Assembly: GCF_000014785.1 (NCBI RefSeq)
Contig: NC_008340.1
Span: 2,640,001-2,672,000, forward strand
DNA length: 32,000 nt
Direction of reading: 5' to 3'
Origin: Alkalilimnicola ehrlichii MLHE-1
GTDB lineage: Bacteria > Pseudomonadota > Gammaproteobacteria > Nitrococcales > Halorhodospiraceae
How positions within the stretch are numbered: position 1 is the stretch's first letter; each line of letters opens with the position of its first letter. Shown here one piece after another: positions 19,070-27,881 of this stretch. The position numbers and the translations under genes are program-made. The notes below the pieces were generated by a model. That model did no database searches. It worked only from the letters and a program-made list of their open reading frames with translations, and was not told where the DNA came from.

Positions 19070-20226
19070 TGATCAAAAGGGACGCCGCCGCAACCCTCCA
19101 GCAGCTGGCCGCCAGTTTCCCCGTAGTGGCGGTGACGGGGCCACGCCAGTCGGGCAAGAGTACGCTGGTGCGGGCGGTGTTTCCCGACCGCCCCTATGTC
19201 TCTCTGGAGGATCCGGACCGTCGCGAGTTTGCGGCCGATGATCCGCGCGGTTTCCTGGCGCAGTATCCGGCTGGCGCGATCCTTGATGAGGTGCAGCGCT
19301 GTCCGGACCTGTTTTCCTACCTTCAGACCCGGGTGGATGCGTCCGGCCGGCTGGGCGAGTGGATTCTGACCGGCTCCCAGCAGTTCGGAATGCTCTCGGC
19401 GGTGTCCCAGAGCCTGGCGGGCCGTGTGGGCATGCTCGCGCTCCTGCCCTTTGCACTCGGCGAGTTGCAGGCCGCTGGGCGGGAGCCAACCAGCGTGGAC
19501 ACCTGGTTGTGGGAGGGGGCCTACCCGCCGGTTCATGACCGCCCGGTGGATCCGCTGATCTGGTACGGGAGCTATGTGCAGACCTACCTGGAGCGTGACG
19601 TGCGTCAACTCCTGGAGGTACGGGACCTCTCCCTGTTCCAGCGTTTTTTGCGCTTGGTGGCCGGCCGCACCGGTCAGCTATTGAACCAGTCGGCCCTGGG
19701 TGATGAGGTTGGGGTCAGCCACAACACGGTTCGTGAGTGGCTGTCAGTGTTGGAGGCAAGCTACGTCATCCACCGCCTGCCGCCGCACCATCGGAATTTC
19801 AACAAACGGCTGGTCAAGACCCCCAAGCTATACATGCTGGATACGGGCCTTGCCTGCTGGCTCCTGGGCATCGAGAATGCCAGCCAACTCACGACGCACC
19901 CGCTGCGTGGTGCGCTGTTCGAGACCGCGGTGGTCGGCGAGTTTCTGAAGGCGCGCTGGAACAAGGGCTTGCCGTCCAACCTGGCCTTCTGGCGGGATCG
20001 GGCCGGCCGGGAGGTGGACCTGGTCATCGACCGGGCGGGCGTATTGCAGCCGGTGGAGATCAAGTCGGGATCGACGGTCAGCCGTGATGCCTTCCGGGGG
20101 CTGAACCGCTGGTGCGAGCTGGCTGGCGCCGAAGGGGCATCGCCCATGCTGGTGTATGCAGGGGACGAGGACCGTGAGCAACGCGGCGTTGCGGTGGTGT
20201 CGTGGACCTCGCTGGGCAGGGGGTGA
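19069..20226 (+). CDS. AAA_14-domain ATP-binding protein with DUF4143 C-terminal domain
   Basis: MIKRDAAATLQQLAASFPVVAVTGPRQSGKSTLVRAVFPDRPYVSLEDPDRREFA; ILDEVQRCPDLFSYLQTRVD; WILTGSQQFGML; LYMLDTGLACWLLGI and FWRDRAGREVDLVID (nuclease-like C-terminal domain). Confidence 0.92.
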   Translation: MIKRDAAATLQQLAASFPVVAVTGPRQSGKSTLVRAVFPDRPYVSLEDPDRREFAADDPRGFLAQYPAGAILDEVQRCPDLFSYLQTRVDASGRLGEWILTGSQQFGMLSAVSQSLAGRVGMLALLPFALGELQAAGREPTSVDTWLWEGAYPPVHDRPVDPLIWYGSYVQTYLERDVRQLLEVRDLSLFQRFLRLVAGRTGQLLNQSALGDEVGVSHNTVREWLSVLEASYVIHRLPPHHRNFNKRLVKTPKLYMLDTGLACWLLGIENASQLTTHPLRGALFETAVVGEFLKARWNKGLPSNLAFWRDRAGREVDLVIDRAGVLQPVEIKSGSTVSRDAFRGLNRWCELAGAEGASPMLVYAGDEDREQRGVAVVSWTSLGRG

Positions 20227-20266
20227 AAGCGCGCCGGGCAAAGCTGTTGAGCCCCTTTAGTCCGGA

Positions 20267-20292
20267 CCCGTTGTCTGTACCCGTTGTCTGTA
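20267..20292. repeat. Short tandem duplication, 2 x 13 bp (cccgttgtctgta)
   Basis: cccgttgtctgta cccgttgtctgta read directly. Confidence 0.9.
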
Positions 20293-20334
20293 CCTACGGC
20301 CAAAGGCACAAGATTTAGAGAGTGACCGCGACAG

Positions 20335-22101
20335 ATGCCCTTTGACGCCTGGCTTACCGCCGGTGTGGTCAGCGCCATGCTGGCCGCGCTCACCTTTACC
20401 CGCGCCGCCCCGGACCTGGTGTTCGTGGGCGGCGTTGTCGTGTTACTGCTCGCGGGGGTGGTGACACCGGCGGATGCCTTTTCCGGTTTTTCCAACCAGG
20501 GCGTGATCACGGTGGCCGCCCTCTACGTGGTGGTGGCCGGGCTGCGCGAGACCGGCGGCATTCAGTGGCTGGTGCAGGCGGTGCTGGGCCAGCCGCGCTC
20601 ACTCCCCCGGGCCCAGTGGCGGCTGACCGGGCCGGCGGCTTTCTTCAGCGCCTTTCTCAATAACACGCCGGTGGTGGGCATGCTGATTCCGGCGGTCAGC
20701 GACTGGGCGCGCAAGTTCGACCTGCCGGTCTCGCGGCTGATGCTGCCGCTGTCCTATGCCGCCATCCTGGGGGGCACCTGCACCCTGATCGGCACCAGCA
20801 CCAACCTGGTGGTCAACGGGCTGTTGCTGGACCGCACTGACGCGGGCCTGGGCCTGTTCGACATCGCCTGGGTGGGCCTGCCGGTGGCCCTGGTGGGGCT
20901 GGTCTTCATGCTGGTGTTCAACCGCTGGTTGTTCCCGGACCGGCGGCCGGCGATCAGCGAGATCGACGACCCTCGGGAGTACACCCTGGAGATGCTGGTG
21001 GACCCGAAGGGGCCGCTGGTGGGCAAGTCCATCGAGGAGGCGGGGCTGCGCCACCTGCCGGGCGGCTTTCTGGCCGAGCTGGACCGGGACGGCACCCTGC
21101 TGCCGGCGGTCTCGCCACAGGAGGTGCTACGCGGTGGCGACCGGTTGATCTTCGTGGGGGTGGTGGAGTCGATGGTGGACCTGCAGAAGATGCGCGGGCT
21201 CACCCCGGCCACCGACCAGGTCTTCAAGCTGGACGGCCACCGGGCGGACCGGGCGCTGCTGGAGGTGGTGGTCTCGGACACCTGCCCGGTGGCCGGCGAG
21301 ACCGTCCGCGACGGTGAGTTCCGCAACCGCTACAACGCGGTGGTGTTGGCGGTGGCGCGTAACGGTGAGCGGGTGAAGGGCAAGGTCGGTGATATCCGCC
21401 TGCGGCCGGGGGATACGCTGCTGGTGGAGGCCGGCCCGGGCTTCGCGGCGCAGAACCGCAACCGGCGCGATTTCTTTCTGATGAGCCAGGTGCAGGACTC
21501 GGCCACCCCGCGCCATGAACGCGCCCTGCTGGCCGGGCTGATCATGCTGGCGATGGTGGTGGTGGCCACCACCGGCGTGGTGTCGATGCTGGAGGCGGCC
21601 CTGGCCGCCGCCGGGCTGATGGTGGTGACCCGGTGCGTGACCCTGGAGGGCGCCCGGAGCAGCCTGGACTGGCCGGTCCTGATCACCATCGCGGCGGCCT
21701 TCGGCGTGGGCGCGGCGATGGACAACACGGGCCTGGCCCACATCGTCGGCATGGGCCTGACCGGCCTGGCCGGCGACACCCCGTGGCTGAACCTGGCGGC
21801 CATCTACCTGGTCACGGCGGTGTTTACGGCGGTGATCACCAACAACGCCGCCGCGGTGTTGATGTTCCCGGTGGCGTTTGCGGTGGCGGGGGACTTGGAC
21901 GTGAGCGTGTTGCCCTTCGCCATCGGCATCATGCTCGCCGCCTCCGCCAGCTTCGCCACGCCGATGGGGTATCAGACCAACCTGATGGTCTACGGGCCTG
22001 GCGGGTACCACTTCGCCGACTACCTGCGTGCGGGTATTCCGCTTAACCTGGTGACCGGGCTGGTGGCCTTGGCCGTTATACCGCAAGTCTGGACGTTCTA
22101 A
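20335..22101 (+). CDS. SLC13-family permease with two internal TrkA-C (RCK_C) domains, possible sulfate or other anion transporter
   Basis: 588 aa; FSGFSNQGVITVAALYVVVAGLRETGGIQWL, AFLNNTPVVGMLIP, LSYAAILGGTCTLIGTSTNLVVNGLL, FATPMGYQTNLMVYGPGGYHFADYLRAGIPLN. Confidence 0.92.
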   Translation: MPFDAWLTAGVVSAMLAALTFTRAAPDLVFVGGVVVLLLAGVVTPADAFSGFSNQGVITVAALYVVVAGLRETGGIQWLVQAVLGQPRSLPRAQWRLTGPAAFFSAFLNNTPVVGMLIPAVSDWARKFDLPVSRLMLPLSYAAILGGTCTLIGTSTNLVVNGLLLDRTDAGLGLFDIAWVGLPVALVGLVFMLVFNRWLFPDRRPAISEIDDPREYTLEMLVDPKGPLVGKSIEEAGLRHLPGGFLAELDRDGTLLPAVSPQEVLRGGDRLIFVGVVESMVDLQKMRGLTPATDQVFKLDGHRADRALLEVVVSDTCPVAGETVRDGEFRNRYNAVVLAVARNGERVKGKVGDIRLRPGDTLLVEAGPGFAAQNRNRRDFFLMSQVQDSATPRHERALLAGLIMLAMVVVATTGVVSMLEAALAAAGLMVVTRCVTLEGARSSLDWPVLITIAAAFGVGAAMDNTGLAHIVGMGLTGLAGDTPWLNLAAIYLVTAVFTAVITNNAAAVLMFPVAFAVAGDLDVSVLPFAIGIMLAASASFATPMGYQTNLMVYGPGGYHFADYLRAGIPLNLVTGLVALAVIPQVWTF

Positions 22102-22170
22102 TCGGCGCCGCCCCCCACGACACCGCCTCCCGCCACGACACCGTCCCTCCCCCGTCACTGCCCCTCCCCC

Positions 22171-22632
22171 GTCACTGCGAGGAGCGAAGCGACGCGGCAG
22201 TCCACACGCCGCATGGATCGCCGCGGGCCTCCGGCCCTCGCGATGACGGGTGGGGGCGCCTCCCCCGTCACTGCCCCTCCCCCCGTCACTGCGAGGAGCG
22301 AAGCGACGTGGCAGTCCACACGCCGCATGGATCGCCGCGGGCCTCCGGCCCTCGCGATGACGGGTGGGGGCGCCTCCCCCGTCACTGCTCCTGCCCCCGT
22401 CACTGCCCCTCCCCCCGTCACTGCGAGGAGCGAAGCGACGCGGCAGTCCACACGCCGCATGGATCGCCGCGGGCCTTCGGCCCTCGCGATGACGGGTGGG
22501 GGGATCGCCGCGGGCCTCCGGGCATCGCGATGACGGGTGGGGGCGCCTCCCCCGTCACTGCGAGGAGCGAAGCGACGTGGCAGTCCACACGCCGCATGGA
22601 TCGCCACGGGCCTTCGGCCCTCGCGATGACGG
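22171..22632. repeat. Four near-identical 80-bp palindromic repeat units plus a truncated unit
   Basis: Units at 22171-22250, 22285-22364, 22417-22496, about 22554-22632, and a half unit at about 22501-22536 (gtcactgcgaggagcgaagcgacg[c/t]ggcagtccacacgccgcatggatcgcc[g/a]cgggcc[t/c]...ccctcgcgatgacggg). Confidence 0.95.
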
Positions 22633-22718
22633 AGAGAAGGTGGCGGCCGTCGCGATGACGGAGAGAAGGTGGCGGCCCTTGCGATGACAGGGAGAAGGCG
22701 GCGGCCGTGGCGATGAGG
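22625..22718. repeat. 29-bp tandem repeat, about 3.2 copies
   Basis: gatgacggagagaaggtggcggccgtcgc at 22625, 22654, 22683 and partial at 22712. Confidence 0.9.
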
Positions 22719-22733
22719 GGGTGGGGGTGGCGG

Positions 22734-24272
22734 TCAGAACCGCCACTCGTAGCCCGCCCAGCCTCTCGGTTCCCAGTCCACGCTGCCCCGGTCCAGCGGG
22801 TCCAGTCGGGCGATGCCCGCGCCCAGGCTGACTTCGCCTGCCAGCCAGGGCCAGCGGTACTCCCCTTCCAGGTCCAGCAGCCGGAGTTTACGCGGGGCGA
22901 TGCGGTTGCCGCCGCCCGGCATGCGCATGCGGTCGCCCCGGTTCAGGGTGCCGCCCTGGAACTTCAGGTGGGCGCTGTGGCCATTGGGCGCGAGGTATTG
23001 GCCGCCGAGGGTGACCAGGCGGCTGTCGTTGTCCGTGGCGTAGCCCATGGGGCGGTCGCGGTAACGGTAGCTGGTGGGCAGGGAGCTGCTCTCGTAGGCG
23101 GTCGCGAAGCGCTTGCGGCTGGACCAGAAGCGCGCGGTGGTGTCGGTGTATTCCAGGAACACCCGGTAGCTGGCGTCGTTGGGCAGCGCCCCCCAGGTCT
23201 CCAGCCCGAACAGACCGATGTGCTTAGTGGGGATGCCGCCGGCCTCGTCCTCGCCGATGTACTGCAGGTAGGCGGCCCAGGGCAGGCGGTGGTCGGGGGA
23301 GCTGAAGCGCAGATCAATGCCGGCCATCTGGTCGGCAGTGGTATCCCGCCCCTTACTGTTGGTATCGCCGATCGCAATGTTGCCGAAGCTCCGCCAGGTG
23401 TGCGGGGAATCCCAGATCGCCGTCCGGCTCAACCCCACCTCCAGCCGCTGCACCGGCTGGAAGGCGAAGCGGCCGCCGATGAAGTAGGGCCGGGGCACCA
23501 CTCGGTCCGACTCCAGCCGGTTGGCGAACACCTGCAGCGTCCAGGGGCCCAGCCAATTCAGCACCGGCAGGTCCGAGGCGCGGGGTTCGGCCCGTTGCAC
23601 GGCCACGCCGGGCGAGGGGCGGGCGGCGTTGCCCAGGATCAGGCTGCCGGACCAGCCCGGGCCCCAGTAGTGGTCGATGGCGCCGGCCGAGATGATCCAG
23701 TTGCCCAGGTGGGCAGCCAGGTAGCTGCCGTCGGCGCGGAAGTCCTTGTCGTCCGCCGGGTCCTCCACCCACTGGCCGCTCAGCCGCGCGGCCAGCCGAT
23801 CGCCCTGGTAGCCGACAGCCACATCCACCTGACTGCCTTGGGGGTTGGCGTGGCCGTACCAGGCCAGTTGCGCCGGGGGCTCGGCCTCACCGGCCGCGCC
23901 GCGCGCCCTCAGCTCGCCGTGCCAGCCCTCGGTGCGGGCCAGTTGCCGGTGCAGGCGGTGCCAGGCGGCGGCCTGCTGGGGGTTGAGGTCGGCCGGCGGC
24001 TGCGGACGGGCGGCGACCCCGGCCAGGGCCTGGCGGGGCAGCGGCCAGGTGCCCAGGGCGCCGGTGATGGCGCCGGCGTCCACCAGCAGTTGCACGTCGT
24101 GACGCACCCGGGCATCGTTCTCGGGCAGCCAGTGGGCCTGGACCGAGGCGGTCGCGGTGAGGCCGGCGCCGGCGAGCAGCAGGGGCAGCGCGGCGCGGCG
24201 CCACCACCGGCCCGGGGGGTGCGTGGCGGGGGCGCGGTGCACCCGTTGGCGTGGTGGTTTCTGCGTGTTCAT
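22734..24272 (-). CDS. Capsule assembly Wzi-family outer membrane protein
   Basis: Likely start MNTQKPPRQR at 24272 with signal-like hydrophobic stretch; HWLPENDARVRHDVQLLVDAGAITGALGTWPLPRQAL; beta-strand rich, WIISAGAIDHYWGPGWSGSLILGNAARPSPGVAVQRAEP, typical of Wzi-like proteins. Confidence 0.85.
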   Translation of the reverse strand: MNTQKPPRQRVHRAPATHPPGRWWRRAALPLLLAGAGLTATASVQAHWLPENDARVRHDVQLLVDAGAITGALGTWPLPRQALAGVAARPQPPADLNPQQAAAWHRLHRQLARTEGWHGELRARGAAGEAEPPAQLAWYGHANPQGSQVDVAVGYQGDRLAARLSGQWVEDPADDKDFRADGSYLAAHLGNWIISAGAIDHYWGPGWSGSLILGNAARPSPGVAVQRAEPRASDLPVLNWLGPWTLQVFANRLESDRVVPRPYFIGGRFAFQPVQRLEVGLSRTAIWDSPHTWRSFGNIAIGDTNSKGRDTTADQMAGIDLRFSSPDHRLPWAAYLQYIGEDEAGGIPTKHIGLFGLETWGALPNDASYRVFLEYTDTTARFWSSRKRFATAYESSSLPTSYRYRDRPMGYATDNDSRLVTLGGQYLAPNGHSAHLKFQGGTLNRGDRMRMPGGGNRIAPRKLRLLDLEGEYRWPWLAGEVSLGAGIARLDPLDRGSVDWEPRGWAGYEWRF

Positions 24273-24502
24273 TGAGTCCCCAAAGGCACAGCGCAAGGGC
24301 ATTGGCGCCAGCCGGCCGCAGGTGCAGGCCGGGGGCCGCTTATGAGATGTTTTACGCAGAATAGCAGAATCACCGGCCCCGTTGGACGGGGCCTGCCCGT
24401 CAGATAGTGCTGGTCACAACGCCCCGGCCGGAGGGCCAGACAGAGCGGGCGGGCTCCGGCATAATGGGTGGCTTCCACGCCAATGCCGGAAGTCTGCCGT
24501 TT

Positions 24503-25447
24503 ATGAGAATGGGGTCGCGAGTTCGATACCGCGCAGTCTCCCGTTTGCGGGGGCTGGTATGCCTGGGGTTTGCGCTGCTGTTGCTGGGGGCCTGGGCCCC
24601 GGCCGCCCACACGTCCGGGGGGATCGAACGCGAGCCGCTCCAGCTCGCCTCGGTGCACGCGGCGGCGGTCTATCTGGACACCGGGGAGCGGCTGGTCGGC
24701 AAGCGCGCGGACATGCCGGCCCCCATCGCGTCGCTGACCAAGCTGATGACGGCCCTGGTGGTGGTCGAGTCCGGGGCGCCGTTGGATGAGTGGCTCACCA
24801 TCGTCCCCCGCCAGCACGCCGTGACCAAGAACGCCTACTCCCGCATGCGGGTCGACTCCCGGCTGCCGCGCGGCGAACTGGTGCGCCTGGCGCTGATGTC
24901 CTCGGAGAACCTGGCCACCTACGTGCTGGCGCACCATCACCCCGGCGGCCGCGCGGCGTTCATCGCCGCGATGAACGCCAAGGCCAAAGAACTGGGGATG
25001 ACCCAGACGCGGTTTGTCGACAGCAGCGGCCTGTCGGTTGAGAACGTCGCCAGCGCGAACGACCTGCTCAAGCTGCTCGCCGCCGCCAACGAGCACGAGG
25101 TGATCCGCGACTACTCCACCACCCGCTACCACACTGCGCACTTCCGCGGCCCGCGCTACACCAAGGGGTACGCCAACACCAATCCGCTGGTCGCCCACAG
25201 CCGGTGGCAGGTGGGGTTGAGCAAGACCGGCTACCTGGTGGAGGCCGGGCGCTGCCTGGCGATGGTGGCGGAGATGGAGGGCCGGCCGGTGGCGCTGGTC
25301 TTCCTGAACTCCCACGGCACCCGCAGCCCGCTGGGCGATGCCGGCCGCTTCCGCCGCTGGCTGGCCGACGGCGTCGGCGGCACCGTGGCCGCATCCGCCC
25401 GCGAATACGAACAGCAGGTGGGCGCGCGGCTTGAATCCGACGGCTGA
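24503..25447 (+). CDS. pbpG: D-alanyl-D-alanine endopeptidase (PBP7/8-like)
   Basis: APIASLTKLMTALVVVESGAPLDEWLTI (SxxK), YSRMRVDSRLPRGELVRLALMSSENLAT (SxN), KTGYLVEAGRCLAMVAEM (KTG). ORF opens at 24407; Met at 24503 precedes the signal-like segment. Confidence 0.9.
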   Translation: MRMGSRVRYRAVSRLRGLVCLGFALLLLGAWAPAAHTSGGIEREPLQLASVHAAAVYLDTGERLVGKRADMPAPIASLTKLMTALVVVESGAPLDEWLTIVPRQHAVTKNAYSRMRVDSRLPRGELVRLALMSSENLATYVLAHHHPGGRAAFIAAMNAKAKELGMTQTRFVDSSGLSVENVASANDLLKLLAAANEHEVIRDYSTTRYHTAHFRGPRYTKGYANTNPLVAHSRWQVGLSKTGYLVEAGRCLAMVAEMEGRPVALVFLNSHGTRSPLGDAGRFRRWLADGVGGTVAASAREYEQQVGARLESDG

Positions 25448-25483
25448 TGGGGCGGCGCAGTGCCGTTCCAGGCACCCGGCCTT

Positions 25484-26752
25484 TCAACGGTGCTGCATGC
25501 TGGTCCCGGTGCTGCGCTGGCGCGCCGGCCCCTCCCCCACTGGCGACAGCCAGTAATCCCGCCGCAGCCGCTGCAGGGCGCGGTCGGCCAGTGACGCGCG
25601 GCGCTCCGGCCGGCTGAGCAGGGCCCGGGTGGCGGAGGCGAAGGCCGCCACGCCATCCACCACGGCCATCTCCCCGGCCCTGAAATCCAGCCCTTCCACC
25701 CCCGGGGTGGTGGTCACCACCGCCCGCCGCCGGGCCACTGCCTCCAGGATTTTGATGCGTGTGCCGCCGCCGGCGCGGACGGGGCAGACCACCAGATCCG
25801 CCTGGCGGTAGTGCGGCCCCAGATCAGGCGCATAGCCGTGGCAGACAACGCCGCAGTGGCCGGCCAGCTCGTCGCGCAGCCAGGGCGGCAGGCCGGGGCC
25901 GACAATGTGGAATTGCAGCGGCCGGCGCAGGGCCTCGCGCGCCCGGGGCAGCACGTGGCGGGCAAACCAGAGCACGGCGTCCTGATTGGGCAGGTAGCCC
26001 ATGCTGCCCACGAACAGCACCCGGTAGCCCTCCCGCCGGCGGTCCACCGCCTCTGGCGTCAGGGCCGGGGCAATGGCGCCGCAATAGCGGTTGGGCACCA
26101 CCTCGGGCCGCACACCGGGATAGGCCTCGGCCAGGGCCGTCTGGTCGGCGGCCGAGCAGACGAACACCCGGTCCGCGCGGGGCAGTTCGCGCCGCTCCCA
26201 GCGTTCGGCGACACGCTGTTGCGCGCGGTGGTCGCGGGCGGCCAGGTGCCAGCCGTTCTCCCGGGCCAGGGCGGCGATACGCCCCAGGGTGCGCGACTCC
26301 CAGTCGTCCAGGTCCAGCCACAGCGGCGGCGGCCGGTGGCGGGGCAGCAGGGGTTGCACCAGCGGCAGGCTGTAGAGCCGGAACACGCAGACGGCGTCCG
26401 CCCGCGCCAGGGCACGGCGCAGCGCCGCGGGCCGGCTCATGGCGGCCAGGCGCGGGACCAGCGGCCGGCCCGGCCAGAGCCGGGCGCGCAGGGCCACCGG
26501 CAGGCGTCCGTACAGGCGCAGCGCCAGTGCGCCGGGGCGGCGGGCGGGCTGCAGCAGCAGACACTCGGCCACCCGCGCCTGAACCGCCGGCGGCACCGGG
26601 CCCCGGTGGTCGGCCACCACCAGGGTGATCCGGTAGCGCGCCGCATAATGGAGCAGAAACTGCCAGGCCCGCATCTGCCGCCCGCCGCCGGTGGGCGCCG
26701 GCATGACCGGGGTGACGTAGACCAGCACAGGACGGATCGGCTCAATGGACAT
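25484..26752 (-). CDS. Glycosyltransferase family 4-like protein
   Basis: Start MSIEPIRPVLVYVTPVMPAPTGGGRQMRAWQFL at 26752; VLFVGSMGYLPNQDAVLWFARHVLPRAREAL, VVCPVRAGGGTRIKILEAVARRRAVVTTTPGVEGLDF. Confidence 0.9.
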   Translation of the reverse strand: MSIEPIRPVLVYVTPVMPAPTGGGRQMRAWQFLLHYAARYRITLVVADHRGPVPPAVQARVAECLLLQPARRPGALALRLYGRLPVALRARLWPGRPLVPRLAAMSRPAALRRALARADAVCVFRLYSLPLVQPLLPRHRPPPLWLDLDDWESRTLGRIAALARENGWHLAARDHRAQQRVAERWERRELPRADRVFVCSAADQTALAEAYPGVRPEVVPNRYCGAIAPALTPEAVDRRREGYRVLFVGSMGYLPNQDAVLWFARHVLPRAREALRRPLQFHIVGPGLPPWLRDELAGHCGVVCHGYAPDLGPHYRQADLVVCPVRAGGGTRIKILEAVARRRAVVTTTPGVEGLDFRAGEMAVVDGVAAFASATRALLSRPERRASLADRALQRLRRDYWLSPVGEGPARQRSTGTSMQHR

Positions 26753-27875
26753 GTCGCGCCAATGCCTCCAGCAGCCGGTGCGTAACTGTGCGCCGGTTGT
26801 AGTGGTGGGCGATGTGCTCGGCCAGCGCCGGGTTGGGCTCGGGACGCACCCGGCGCAGGGCGTCCACGGCCTGGTCCATGTCCGCCTCGGCCCAGCACTG
26901 GTGGGGCTGGAAGGGGATGCCGGGCACCGGGTAGGCGACCGGGACACGGCGGTAATCCAGCAGGGTGGCGTGCCCGGCGGGCAGGTAGTCGCAATGGCCG
27001 CCGAAGCCGGTGATGACGATCTGGTTGCCGGCGCGGGCGGCGTCGAAGGCGCCGAGGCCCCAGCCCTCGCCGTGGGTCAGCGACAAGAAGCAGTGGCCCT
27101 GCCGGTGCAGGGCGTGCACCTGCGGCCCGCTCAGGGGCCGGTCGATGAGTTGCACCCGGGGCGCGTTGCGATGCCGGCGCCGCAGTCGGCGCACCCGCCG
27201 GGAGACCCGGGGCGGAAAGCGCCAGTGGAGGCCCTTGCGGGTGCGGTCGTGGCGGTCGGTCTTGACCACCAGCAGGGTGTCGTCGTGGCGGGTGAAGGCG
27301 CGCAGGTAGGCCTCTATGGTCTCGGGCATGGCCTTGCGCCAGTCCCAGGTGTTGATGGTGTAGAAGACAGTGGTCTCCGGGCCGGCCGCCAGGGGCAGGG
27401 CCTCGCCCCGGGCGTCGATGGGCTCGGAGATGTGCGGGACCACGGCGATGGGGGCGGTGACGCCGTCGCGGCGCATGACCCGGCGGTTCCACTCGCAAGG
27501 CACCAGCACCAGGTCGAAGGCGTTGAGCACCCCGGGCCAGTGCACGGGCAGGCGGTCGGCCTCCCAGGTGGTGTAGGCCACCCGGAAGCGGCCGCGCTCG
27601 CGCGCCAGCCATTCGGGGAAGTAGTCGGGCACGGTGTGGACGATGACCACGTCGTGGTCGACGGCACGCAGACAGTGCGGGTCCAGCGCCGGATCCAGGG
27701 CGCTGGGGGCGGCCTCGACGCCGTACCATAGCCCGGAGGTCCCGCTGCGGCCGGGGGCCAGGGGCGTCCAGTTGAGCGGCACGCCGGCCTCGATCAGGCC
27801 GCGCATGGTGCGCGCGGCGGCGACGGCGTAACCGCTGTGGTCGTTGTAGGCGATGTATTTGATACTCCGCACCAA
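26742..27875 (-). CDS. Glycosyltransferase (GT-B, family 4-like)
   Basis: 377 aa; YIAYNDHSGYAVAAARTMRGLIEAGVPLNW; VPCEWNRRVMRRDGVTAPIAVVPHISEP; FLSLTHGEGWGLGAFDAARAGNQIVITGFGGHCDYL. Confidence 0.82.
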   Translation of the reverse strand: MVRSIKYIAYNDHSGYAVAAARTMRGLIEAGVPLNWTPLAPGRSGTSGLWYGVEAAPSALDPALDPHCLRAVDHDVVIVHTVPDYFPEWLARERGRFRVAYTTWEADRLPVHWPGVLNAFDLVLVPCEWNRRVMRRDGVTAPIAVVPHISEPIDARGEALPLAAGPETTVFYTINTWDWRKAMPETIEAYLRAFTRHDDTLLVVKTDRHDRTRKGLHWRFPPRVSRRVRRLRRRHRNAPRVQLIDRPLSGPQVHALHRQGHCFLSLTHGEGWGLGAFDAARAGNQIVITGFGGHCDYLPAGHATLLDYRRVPVAYPVPGIPFQPHQCWAEADMDQAVDALRRVRPEPNPALAEHIAHHYNRRTVTHRLLEALARHVH

Positions 27876-27881
27876 CCCGCC

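Noticed and set aside
22120-22740. CRISPR array candidate
   Set aside because: Units are 80 bp, internally palindromic, with C/G-rich spacers that resemble one another and no cas genes; it fits a REP/MITE-like repeat family instead.
22155-22746. Small ORFs made of repeated peptide AVHTPHGSPRAFGPRDDG
   Set aside because: They are translations of the dispersed palindromic repeat, without independent coding support.
22707-24275. 522-aa plus-strand ORF opposite the Wzi-like gene
   Set aside because: The minus frame has a signal-like N-terminus and recognisable Wzi-type motifs; the plus frame has no recognisable motif.
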